From NCBI RefSeq assembly GCF_009914755.1, contig NC_060947.1: 64,000 bases of DNA; one strand, given 5' to 3'. Positions 1 to 12,340 of the stretch are shown here, piece after piece. The position numbers and the translations under genes were made by a program. Each line of letters opens with the position of its first letter. Positions within the stretch are counted from its first letter, which is position 1. The stretch is from the human T2T-CHM13v2.0 reference genome, Homo sapiens. The notes beneath the pieces were generated by a model, which was given only the letters and a program-made list of their open reading frames with translations, made no database searches and was not told where the DNA came from.

Positions 1-720
1 AATACCACCTTACTCCTATAAGAATGGCCATAGTCAAAAAAATCAAAAAATAATAGATGTGGGCATGGACACAGCGATTAGGGAACACTTCTACACTGTT
101 GGTGGGAGTGTAAACTAGTACAGCCACTATGGAAAACAGTGTGGAGATTCTTTAAAGAACTAAAAGTAGAACTACCATTTGATCCAGCAATCCTACTACC
201 GGCTATCTACCCAGAGAAAAATAAGTCATTACACAAAAAAGATACTTGCACACGTGTCCATAGCAGCACAATTCACAATTGCAAAAATGTGGAACCAATA
301 CAAATGCCCATCAATTAACGAGTGTATACAGAAACTGCGATATATATGATGGAATACCGCTCAGCCATAAAAAGGAATAAATTAATGGCATTCACAGCAA
401 CCTGGGTGAGATTGGAGACTAGTATTCTAAGTGAAGTAACTCAGGAATGGAAAACCAAACATCGCATGTTCTAACTCATAAGTGAGAGCTAAGCTATGAG
501 GATGCAAAGGTATAACAATGACACAGTGGACTTCGGGGACTCAGGGGGAAAGGATGGGAAGGGGTTAAGGAATAGAAGACTATAAATTGAGTCCAGCGTA
601 TATACTGCTCGGGTGACGGGTGCACAAAAATCTCACAAATCACCACTAAAGAACTTACTCATGTAACCAAACACCATCTGTTCCCCAATAACCAATGAAA
701 ATATAAAAAATTAAAAAAGA
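1..720 (+). mobile_element. L1 3' end (L1PB-like)
   Basis: ORF2 C-terminal motifs (gatccagcaatcctactac, aaggaataaattaatggcatt), 3'UTR and A-tail. Confidence 0.85.
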
Positions 721-1565
721 CAACCCCATTAAAAATGCACAAAGGACATGGACAGACACTTTTCAAAAGAAGACATACATTGGACAACAAGTATATCAAA
801 AACAATATCACTGATCATTAGAGAAATGCAAATCAAAACCACAATGTAATACCATTTCACATCCATCAGAATGTCTATTATTTAAAAGTCAAAAAATAAC
901 AGGGGCTGGCGAGGCTGTGGAGAAAAAGGAAGACTTTTATACACTGCTGGTGGGAGTATAAGTTAGTTCAGCAGTTGTGGAAAACAGCGTGGCAATTCCT
1001 CAAATACCTAATAACAAAACTACCATTTAACCCAGCAATCCCATTACTGGGTATATAATCAAAGGAACATAAATCACTCTGTCGTAAAGACATATGCACA
1101 CATACTTTCTTTACAGCACTAATCACAATACCGAAGACATGGAATCAACCTAAATGCCCATCAGTGGTAGACTGGATAAAGAAAATGCAGTACATATATA
1201 TCCTGGAATATTATGCAGCCATAGAAAGGACGAAATCATGCCCTTGGCAACAACATGGATGCAGGAGAAGGCCATTATTCTAAGCAAACTAACACAGGAA
1301 CAGAAAATCAAATACTACATGTTTTCACTTAAAGCCTAAACACTGAGTACACATAGACACAAAGAATGGAACAACAGTCACTGGGGCCTACTTGAGGGTG
1401 AAGTGCGAAAGAAGGGTGAGGATCAAATATCTACCTATCAGGTACTGTGCTTATTACCAGGGTGGTGACATAATCTGTAAACCAAACCCCCGTGACATGC
1501 AATTTGCCTATATAACAAACCTGCACATGTATTTCTGAACCTAAAAGTTAGAAGGAAAAAAATTA
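721..1565 (+). mobile_element. L1 3' end (older L1PA)
   Basis: agaaatgcaaatcaaaaccacaatg...aacctgcacatgt, A-rich tail; ORF 1154..1339 is the ORF2 tail. Confidence 0.85.
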
Positions 1566-3114
1566 TAAAACATAAAAAGAATGCCAATTCATTTGAAATA
1601 TGCATAAAATGAATATTTTTTGAAAAACTTAAAATATGTATTTTAGAGTTGGAAAAATGTTAGTTTGTAAATATGACCTTTTTCAGCACCTGGTCATAAA
1701 AGAAAAGTTCACAGCCTTATCAAGCAAGAATATAATGACATTAACATTTACTCTGCTAGCAAATCATGTGCAGAAGTAAAATATATTTTAATAAAATGTC
1801 ATTTTGTGTTATACTTTGATTGCTTCTGTTTTGATTAAACTCCAAACAAAGCAATGTTTTGTGGGTCAATAAAAGTGACTCAAAAAAAATAAATATTAGT
1901 GATGGAAGTCGTACTTGTTCTGGGAAACATCTGCTGTTCCATCACGTATTATTACAATATATTTGATTTTCCACACAGAAAATTGTTTGCACCTGTCGTT
2001 AGCATTTTTTTCCAGCACATATTCTTGGCTTATCATTAACACTCCCTATTTTCTCTGCTAAACAACACTTCACACTGTGCTGCTATACATGTCAGAAGAA
2101 GATTATTTAGCCATTTATCACTGTTCTGGCAGCGCTTATGAACCTGCACGCAGGTATTGCAGTCAAAAGGCATTAGAATGGACTGTTTGCACTTAGTGTT
2201 GTCAATCAGGCTATATAATTAAATCAGGCAGAATAAATAATTTAAGTTGCATACTGAGACAATACACTTTCAAGGATACACTGACAGCAATGGCTACATT
2301 TTATTGTCACATTATATCTGATTAAAATTTAGAGCCATTTGAAAAACATGATCTTTATACAATTGTTTTGACACCACCAATTAAGCTTGAGCAGTGCCAC
2401 TTAGCTCAAGTTTTATTTTTTGCTCACTGCCTAGTGTCTTTTAAGAATTGAACAGGGCCATATCTCTTGCATTAGGTGAGGAAGAATATAATCTGTCTTT
2501 CACATCTTGGATATAATCCAGTCTCCTTAGCAAACAACTTGGGCCTGATTGATCCAGCTTTCCTGTCAGGGCCCAGTTTTCCTGGGCAAGGTGGCCTGCT
2601 TAAGATGAGATTCATTTAATTTTGTTGAAATATTAGACCAGGCATTCATTTATCTGATGGTGTAGTAAACTCTGCACTTCTCTCTGCTAGTGAAAACTAT
2701 GCCTATAAAACTATTTCTCAGCAGACTACATTATTAGACCGGAAGATTCTAAATATGAAATATGTTACTTTCTCTTAATGGAGGTCAAATAAGAAAACTC
2801 TGCCATGGTGAGGTTATAGACGGCCTATCACGGCATTTCTACTCTAAAGTTGTTGGGTAAAAAATTCTACAGAAATTAAGCTACTACAATTGTCCAGTAT
2901 GTTGTACTTTAAATAAGTGAGAGATTTGCATCAGAATCAAACATTTGGATACTGCTCTCTCTTTTTTAGTTTAACCCCCTAAACTACCATCAAATGAAAG
3001 AGACAATGCAAAGTTAGTAGGGGAAAGGGGTCAGGGAATGTCGCTACTATGCATTCAGATTTATTTATTGCTTTTACAAGATCCAAATAACCAAAACCCT
3101 ACGTGTTTTAATTG

Positions 3115-3330
3115 CCCTAGCTTTGGAATCAGATTGCTTGGGTTTACACCTTGGCTTTGCCACTGAATATGTGATATTGGGCAATTCATTTAACCTCTCT
3201 GTGACTCAGTTTCCTCATCTATAAAAATGAGGATTAATAGTGTCTGCATTCCTGGCTGAACTAATGTACATAAAGCATCTAAAACAATGCCTGTTCCAGA
3301 GTATGTGCTATGTGGGTGTTGGCTATTAGC
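3115..3330 (+). mobile_element. MIR SINE
   Basis: gggcaattcatttaacctctctgtgactcagtttcctcatctataaaa core. Confidence 0.75.
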
Positions 3331-4559
3331 TAATTATTAATTAGTCTTAGTAAATGATAAAATCTAATTAATAAAAGTTAAGCCTGTTTTTTAAACACAC
3401 ACACACTTGCCATTCTAAGAAGTTTCTTTTGCTTGTTGTGCTTTTCCTATTGATCTCATTTATTCAATTGTTCGATATTTCTCCTGACCCCTTTCCTGCT
3501 CTCAGATTGAGATGGTCCAGAAAACAAAACTCCCATTTTAACAGGTATCTTGTATCTACCTCTGAGCATGTTAAAGCAGAATGAGAGCAGCATTTGTAAC
3601 ATCCTGCCCTTGACCCATTAACTTGGGTCCATGCTGAAAGCTCCAAGTGCAATTTGGAAGCACTTTTGATGTTCAATTTTAAGCAGCTGTCTTCTTCTTA
3701 AAGCCTTTCAGTCTTAACAATACAGCAGAAACAGAAAGCAGAATAAGTAGAAATTTCCTAGCTGACAAAATGTATGAGTTAGAATCGTGTAATTTTCCAA
3801 ATTGTAAATGCATGTAATATTTTTTTTGCCACCACACCAATCCTGAAACGATTCCTTATCTGAAAAAAGAATATTTTTATTAGTCCTATAATTCTAAGAT
3901 TTCTTAATCAAAAACCGTTATGCTAGATGTTTCAAATCCAGGCCCCGTATAGCATAAATAAACTTCATTTCTATTCAAACCATTTTAATTTAACAAAATA
4001 ATTTTTATTTTATTATAATTACTTAATTTTGAACTGAATTCTGAATGCACAATTTAATTACTACCAAATGTGTTTTGTGCTTTAGAGAAAATAATAGAGA
4101 ATTTTGACCTGCTTTAGGATAATAAAGAAGTCAAAACTGAGAACCTCTCAAGGCTTTTCTCATAGTAGCAGTTTATTTTCCTTAAGTGGCATCTCTATTC
4201 TATCACAAAGTCATTTATTGACATATGAATTTGGGTTTGTTCTCATAGCTTGTAGACATTTTCTCTTTCTCATTCCAAGAAAGGAGACAAACTTCTGTAT
4301 TCTGAGTTCTGAGCAACATTTTTCAGAGAATGGTAGTTTTTAGCTGATTTTGTGTTGCCATGGAAGGAAAATTGTAGAATGCAAGATATTGAAAAAACCT
4401 GAAACTGAAGCTTTGCTGAGAAGAGCAGATATATTATTGTAAAACATGCATAACCAAAGACTCAAAAGAACAAAACTCTGAAACTCTGAGATGACCGAGA
4501 CACAGTTTCTGCTCTCAAATAGCTCACCAGTCTATTAGAGTAACCTGTAAAACTAGTCA

Positions 4560-5835
4560 GTGCCAATGTTAAGCAATGTAATGAAGGTATGGAGAATGTA
4601 CCCTAATTTGGCACTTAACCTGGACTGGGGGTAACAAGGAAGGCTTTTGGGAGAGGTGATGGTTGAGAGGTTTTGTTTTTGTTGTTGTTGTTGTTGTTGT
4701 TTTGGTTTTGTTTGTTTGCTTGTTCATTTTTGAGACAAGGTTTACTCTGTTGCCCAGGCTGGAGTGCAGTGGTGCAATCATAGCTCACTATAACCTCAAA
4801 CTCCTGGGCTATAGCAATCTCCCCACCTCAGCCTCCTGAGTAGCTAGGACTACAGGCACATTCCATCATGCTCAGCTAATTTTTTAATTTTAATTTTTTG
4901 TAGAGATAGGGCCTCACTGTGTTGCTCAGGCTGAACTCAAACTACTGGCCTCACACAATCCTCCTGCCTTAGCCTCTCAAAGCATTAGGATTACAGGCAT
5001 GAGTCACCGTGCCTGGCTAACTTGTGAGTGTCTATGTAAGAGATATCCAGGCAGAGAAGGGCATTCAAGAAAGTAAGAATAGCATGTGCAAACACACAGA
5101 GGCAAGACAGAGCATGGCATCTTCAATGAACTGCAAATAATTCTAAATAACTGGAGCATAGGCTGCAGTGGGGTAGGGTACCTAGGGTACGGTAGTGGGG
5201 TACCCTAGGTGGAGTAGTGATTGAAAAGACATTAAAATATTTTTAGTAGAGAAATGATGTGATTATATTTACATATCTTTTTAAGAAAGATTGTTCTGAT
5301 TGTACTGTGTTAAAAGGATTATAGGGAACCAAAAGTGGAGGCAAGCAAAGCAGACCAGTTAGCAAGCTATTCTAGGGGTCAAGCTGAGTGATGATAATGT
5401 CTTGGACCAGAGAGTTGGGATGGAAATAGGGAGACATATTCAAGAAAAATTTCAGAAGTAGAAATCACAAGGATTTGTTACCAAAAATTGATACAGGGTA
5501 GGGAAAGATACAAAGAATGACAGGATGATTCCTAGGATTCTGGTTCTGGTCAATAGGTTGGCTTCAGGTGGGTGTCATTTATTAAAAAATAAGGAGTAAC
5601 TGAAGGAAGAGAAAATCTGAGAGTAGGAAGCTGTGAGATGTTGCTTTCTATTTTGGATGAGTTAAGTGTGAGTGTTCCCCAGGGACATTTAAGTGGAGAT
5701 GTTCCATAGACAGTAAAATATGAGTCCTGAGCAAAGAGAGGATACCTGAAGCCATGGGAGAAGATGCAATTACCCCGGGAGAGTGTGTAGATTGAGAAGA
5801 GGGCATAGGGAAGAAGAACAGAGATGAAGAGATCT
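4560..5835 (-). mobile_element. L2 fragments interrupted by an Alu
   Basis: Typical purine-rich antisense L2 sequence (gcatgtgcaaac...gagcatggc, ttttggatgagttaagtgtgag). Confidence 0.65.
4671..5018 (-). mobile_element. AluJ with (GTT)n-decayed tail
   Basis: gagacaagg...cccaggctggagtgcagtggtgcaatcatagctcac...gcctggct. Confidence 0.9.
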
Positions 5836-6209
5836 AACATTATGTATAATTGTCACCCTTCTAATTCCTTGTTTGTAGAGTGGGCTGATTTCTGGATTTG
5901 TAGGTTAGCCATGGCACTTAAAATTATCTTGGGAAAATATGACTTTTGAAACACTGGTTCTGGTGTAGGCCTGTTACTTACCCAATGAATAATCATATAG
6001 GGATTTCAAAAAACTTTCACACATGGTGTCCTATTGTATATTAATACACAATAGTTCCAAGAGACTTAAACACATAACCCTTCACATTAAAATACACATA
6101 AAATCTAAATTAAAAGCATTAACTCATTATAGGAAAGATTAAAATGTATGTTTTTACAATGATAAAATTAATAAGACTTATTTTTGATATATGTTAAATG
6201 TAAAAAGTA

Positions 6210-7095
6210 TTAGCAAAATGTATCTGTCAATGGATGAGTGGATAAAGATAATGTGGTATATATGTACAATGGAATACTATTTGGCCTTAAAACAGAGGAA
6301 ATTTTGTCATTTTCAACAACATGTATGAACCTGGAGGACATTATGCTAAGTGAAATGAGCCAGGCACAGAAAGACATATATTGCATGATTCCACTTATAT
6401 GTGGAATCTAAAGAAGTCAAACTCATAGAAGTAAAAGAGTAGAATGGTGGTTGCCAGGGCCTCAGGAGGTGGGTGAGAGGGGAATGGAGACATGTTGGTG
6501 AGAGGGTACAAAGTTTCAGTTAGATAGGAGGACTAAGTTCTTGAGATCTAATGCACAGAATGGCGACAACCGTTATTAATAACATAATGAATATTTCAAA
6601 ATTGCTAAGAGAATAGATTTTAAATGCTGGCACCATGATATGGTTTGACTGTGTCCCCACAGAGATAATTGAATCATGGGGGCGGTTTCCCTCATCCTGT
6701 TCTCCTGATAATGACTTAGTTCTCACGAGATCCGATGGTTTTATAAGGGGATTCCCTGTTCACTGGGCACTCATTTCATTCTCCTTCCTGCAGCCCTGTG
6801 AAGAAGGACGTGTTTGCTTCCCCTTTCACCACAACTGTGAGTTTCCTGAGGCCTCCCCAGCCATGCTAAACTGTGAGTCAATTAAACCTCTTTCCTTTAT
6901 AATTACCCGGTCTTGCATAGTATCTTTGCAGCAACATGAGAATGGACTAATACACACCACAAAAAAAAAAGTTAAGATGAGGTGACAAATATAGGAATCA
7001 GCTTGATTTCAACATTGCATAATGTGTGCATATATCAAAACATCACATTGTACTCCGTAAATATATATAATTATTTTTCAATTAAAAATTTTCTA
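6210..7095 (+). mobile_element. L1MA/L1MB 3' end, split by a THE1 LTR
   Basis: gaacctggaggacattatgctaagtgaaatgagccaggcacagaaagac motif. Confidence 0.8.
6636..6954 (+). mobile_element. THE1 (ERVL-MaLR) solo LTR with internal deletion
   Basis: tgatatggtttg...ctaataca; 5 bp TSD cacca at 6631-6635 and 6955-6959. Confidence 0.9.
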
Positions 7096-8384
7096 ATTAA
7101 CAAAATAAAAATCACTTCAAATCCTACCTTGAGTTTACTACTTTAATATGTTTCCTATAAGCCTCATTTCCATCAAGTATTTTTTCTTTGCTCATGTGTA
7201 TGTGAACAAAATCAGGAGATATATACTAATAATTTTTTATTCTGATTTTTTGTATTTAACATTAAAGTATGTACATTGTCATTTTGATTGGCTTTCTTTG
7301 ATTTGCTTACAGGGAACAATTTGGAAAACAGCACTTACGGACTGTAAAGACTTTTTCCAGGAACAAACAAGACAAGAACTTTGTGCTAATATATTACAAT
7401 GAACCTAGAAACATTTTTCATATCACCAAAGGAAATTGCAACTGGGGGCAAAGAATACTCAGTATTGGCTACTTTCATGTCACATAATCACTCTTATCTG
7501 CATGTGAGACAGCGTCCATAGTAGATGAAGGCAAGGGAGAAGTGGATTCTGAATGGCTTTTGAGTAGTAAATATTCAGTGTCTGTCATATTAGCTCACAT
7601 GACCTCACAGGCCTTCACTAAAAAAGTGTTTAAGATTTTAAAATACTGGGCCATTGCATTGTCATCTTTATTTATGAACTGTAAGCCTGTCACTTGGGAG
7701 CATTTTCAATGAAAACTTCTCATACCTTCAATAAGTTACCCTTCAGTGACTGTTTTTGTTATTGCTTTGTTTTGAAAATTATTTGGGGATAAGGACTACC
7801 ATTAAATTTTTTCTGTGGTGGGTGTGTTATGTAAAATTAAAGGGTTTAATGCAGTTTATCTCAGTTGGTTTAACTCAACATAGATTGAATCCCTACCAAT
7901 TGACAAGAACTGTGCAGATCAATCTAGAAATGTACAGTCTAATGTCATTGAGGAGTGCCAAATGATATATTTTCCAAGTAATATAGAGACCACATAGCTT
8001 CTAACCTCATTCCACTCACTGAAAATGATGGCTCTAATAATAAAAATTTTCAGGGGTAGACCACTGAAGTTTAGCAACTCCCTAGATTTGGCAGCAGACA
8101 GGAAACTGAGAGGGGCACACATTACACTTGAGTTACTTAATTGAAACCTTGCTCCTCCTCCTCCCTCTTCTCCTCCTTTTCTTTTTTCATCCTTTCTCTA
8201 CACTCTCCCCTTTTTGCTTCTTCTTCTCTATAGAGACCTTGGTTCTAGTGCTTTACTCTCATGTAAAAGTTTGGGAAACTCAAATTTATTTATTAGAACA
8301 TTATTATTCCAAACACATTTGAGAACATCAAGTTTCTCCCCCAAAATGATAATTCTATTACTTCAAAAATGAACAAGAGAGAAG

Positions 8385-8395
8385 AAGAGGGGGAG

Positions 8396-8429
<34 letters not shown>
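8385..8429. repeat. (GA)n microsatellite
   Basis: Direct read. Confidence 0.9.
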
Positions 8430-8432
<3 letters not shown>

Positions 8433-8906
8433 TCTGAACATATAGTGGATTAGAATAACTATTTATTTGGAGGAAAAAAGTAGAGTAACGTAATTAAACC
8501 CTGAATAATATTTACTGATAGTTTTGTTATATAAATGTTTAAAAATAGAGCCGTGATACCTATTTGGGATTAACAGTAGTTCCAAAGGTAAGAATATATA
8601 GACTAATAACATAAATTTCACAAATTGTTGCATTGTGACATTAATAATATATTTCTAAATGGGAACAATTATCAACCACCGATAAACAGTCAAAACAAAG
8701 AACCCCAATTTATTCAGAGATGTGTAAAGCTGGGCACACCTCATTCATAGATTTTTTATTTTTAGAATTCTCGACATATTAAATTTTTCTGAGGAAAAAA
8801 TGTATATTCATTTATTCATACTCATTTTTGAACTAACATTTATTTAAGGTCCACAATATGCTAGATATTTTATATTATTTTTTGATTACTTAATGCAAAT
8901 ATAGCA

Positions 8907-8985
8907 ACATTATGAAGCAAGTATTATTATCCCTGTTTTACAAATAAGGAAATAAACTCAGGGAGGTGAATGTGATCAAAGATAG
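8907..8985 (+). ncRNA. MIR1321: MIR1321 annotated precursor (MIR-SINE derived)
   Basis: Contains CAGGGAGGTGAATGTGAT at 8959-8976, matching the recalled mature miR-1321. Lies within a MIR core (tattattatccctgttttacaaataaggaaa). Confidence 0.8.
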
Positions 8986-10956
8986 ATATATAGTTAAGAA
9001 AGTTAAAGAGACAGGATTCAAGCCTAAGTCTGTCTGACTTCAAATCTCTCTTCTTCCCACTATTTATTGCTCCCTATGAGTTTATATTAATGAAATCTAA
9101 AATCCCACTTAAAACCGTATAATGAAGAAATTAAGAAAACCACCTGAGATAGTGATATAATTTTTCTAATCACTAAATATTTTTTTCTTAGCTCTTCTTG
9201 TGGAACAATATACAATATGATTCTTGGGATTGGTTGAGCATGTCTGCCTTATTCTAACTCAAATTTATTTAAGATATGTGTTTTATAGTATTCTGCTACT
9301 GGAAATATTACAAATACAGTAATAAAATATATCATTTATTAAGTAAAATAATAAGGAACATGAGTAAAACATTTTGCCTATATTATGCCAGCAGCTATGC
9401 TATGCACTGGCAACACACACAGGCTTACAATGAACCCAGAGGTGGGAGCATCTATGTCACCAGGAGAAATTTAAGGATGATTTAACATTTAAAAACTATT
9501 AATATGGTTTATTACATTAATAGATGAAAGGAGTGAAAAACATGATCAGTGCTTAGCCCATAGTAGGCAGTCAATAAATAGATGCGGAAAAGGCTTTGGT
9601 CAAAATTCTAGACCCATTCATGATAAAAGCTCCTTAGCAAACTAGAAATAGAAGTCAGCTCCCTTAACTTAATAAAACCTACAATAAACATACACTAACG
9701 GTGAACTGTTTTAACCTTACCTTTTTCACAGCCAGGAAAATTAGAAGTATGTCTAGTATCACCACTTCTGTTTAGCATTGTATTGGAGGTCCTTGGCAGT
9801 TCAGTAAGACAAGATAAAGAGTTAAAATGTATAGGATTGAAAAGGAAAAATAAAACTGTCATTGATCACAGATTATATAATTATCAACATAGAAAACTAA
9901 AAAGAATTATAGATATATTATTAGTAAGAGAGTTTAGCAAGGTTATTAGCTACAAGATCAACATATAACGTTAATTTTTTTCCTATACATCAACAGCAAA
10001 TTATTATAAAAGAAAAGTTTAAGAAACAGTATATGATGCCTTGGAATACATAAAAGATGGTCAAGACTTTTTAATTAGTCAGGTAATGTTCGCTATGCTG
10101 TGGTAACACATAATCCCTGAAATAGCCATGTTGTAACACAACACCAATTTATTTCTTGCTCCAGTTACAGTTAATGTGAGTCAGGTGGCTCTCTGGCACA
10201 GCTTCCCTTTAAGAGCTGACTCAAGATTCCTGGAAGCTTCCAAACTGTGGCAATGCCATCTGGACTACTAGTTAGTTATAGAAAGGAGAAAAAGGAATGC
10301 AAGAGGCAAACTGGCTCTTAACTGCCCAGCTACCTGAACTTATCTTCAAAGTAGAGTGGGAAATGCGGATCTGAACATGGATATTTGGTGGACACTATCA
10401 GTGTCTGCCAAAAGGTATAATATTATTTAGAAAACATAGTAAAAAATTAAATAAAATGAGTGATATACCCTCCCATTCATGGATGGGAAAGTGAAGTAAT
10501 ATTGAATGCAATTCCAATCAAACTTGCAACAAGGATTTGCGTGTGTATGTGTGTGGAACTTGACAAAATGATTCCGAAATGTATATGAAAGAGCAAAGGG
10601 CCAAGCATAACTAAGACAAAAAAAAAAATGAGGCAGAAAGGCTGACTCTACCAGGTATCAATACGTGTTCGAAAGTTACAGTAATTAAAATAACATCATC
10701 TTAGTATAGGAATTGACAAAATAGCAATAACATTGAATATAGTCCAGAAACAGATTTCATGTATAAGAATTTAATAATTGATAATGGTAATATTTCAGAT
10801 TAGTGTGAAAAAGATGATCTCAAAAAATGGCATGAGGAAAATTGGATATTCATATATGAAATTTTATGTTAGATTTCTATCTCACATAAATCCCCCAAAT
10901 AAATTTCAGGTCAGTTAAAGAGCTAAAAGTTTTCTTTTTTTTTTTTTTAAAGGTAT

Positions 10957-11500
10957 TGTATTAGGGTTCTATAAAGCAACAGAACTATTAGCATATATGC
11001 ATATGTATATGAAGGGGAGTTTATTAGGAAAATTGATTCACACGATCACAAGGTGCAGTTCCACAATAGGCCATCTGCAAGTTGAGGAGCAAGGAAGTCA
11101 GTCGGAGTCCCAAAACCTCAAAAGTAGGGAAGCCGATAGTGCAGCCTTTGGTCTGTGGCCAAAGGCCTGAGAGCCACAAATCACTGGTGTAAGTCCAAGA
11201 GCCCAAAAGCTGAAGAACTTGGAGTCTGATGTTCGAGGGCAGGAAGCATCCAGCACAGGAGAAAGATGAAGGCCAGAAGACTCAGCAAGTCTCCTCATTC
11301 CACTTTCTTCTGCCTGCTTTATTCTAGCCATGCTGGCAGCTGATTAGATGGTGCCCACCCAGATTGAGGGTGGGTCTGCCTCTCCCAGTCCACTGACTCA
11401 AATGTTATTCTCCTTTGGCAACACTCTCACAGACAAACCCAGAAATAATACTCTGCATCCTTCAATCTAATCAAGTTGACACTCAATATTAACCATCACA
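10957..11500 (-). mobile_element. MLT2 (ERVL) solo LTR
   Basis: tgtattagggttct...caagttgacactcaatattaaccatcaca; TSD ggtat/ggtgt. Confidence 0.88.
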
Positions 11501-12301
11501 GGTGTTTTAGCAACATGTGGGACATATTTTCCTACTAATGAATTGAGAAAGACTCTTCTAAACAAGATGCAAAGTCCAGAGCCATAAAAGAAAATATTAA
11601 GTGAATTGTCTATATCAAAATTTAAAATTTCTAGGTAATGAATCACACCATAAAAGTTAAAATCTAGAATGAAAAAAAGATTTGCAATATGTGTAATGAA
11701 GTATTAATATGAAAATATAAAAAGAATTTTTGCAAGTTATAATAGTGGCAAGGGCATAAACTGAGAAATCATAGAAGAGGTAACTGAAAATTGGCATTGA
11801 ACATATGTTTCGATGTATAAGGAGGGAAATGCATAGTATAACAATATGATACCATATTTTTTAGCTCATTAGATTGGCAGACATTTAAAAAGTAATAATA
11901 TCTAGTATCAGTGAGTGGAAATCAGCTTTTTTAAAGTACCATTTGGCAGTCTATCAAAATGTAAAGTGTACATACCCTTTAAACCAGTAATTCAACCACT
12001 AAGACTCTATCTACCAGAGATATGCATGTGAACAGAGATATAAGTATGAGATGTTTGTTGAATCATTACTTAAAAGAACAATAAAACTGAAAACAACCAA
12101 ATATTCATTAATAATTGTTGGATAAATAGATTTCATACCATGGAATGGTACGCAGCAATAAATAAGAGGGACGAACATTTTTATGTGCTATATTTTATGA
12201 TGTCTAAGATATAGTTGTTGAAATAAGCCAATTACAGAACTATGATGTGAGCCAACTTATGTTTTTAGAAAACATTTAAAAAGACCCTATACCCTTATAC
12301 T

Positions 12302-12303
<2 letters not shown>

Positions 12304-12337
<34 letters not shown>
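12304..12337. repeat. (TG)n microsatellite
   Basis: Direct read. Confidence 0.9.
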
Positions 12338-12340
<3 letters not shown>

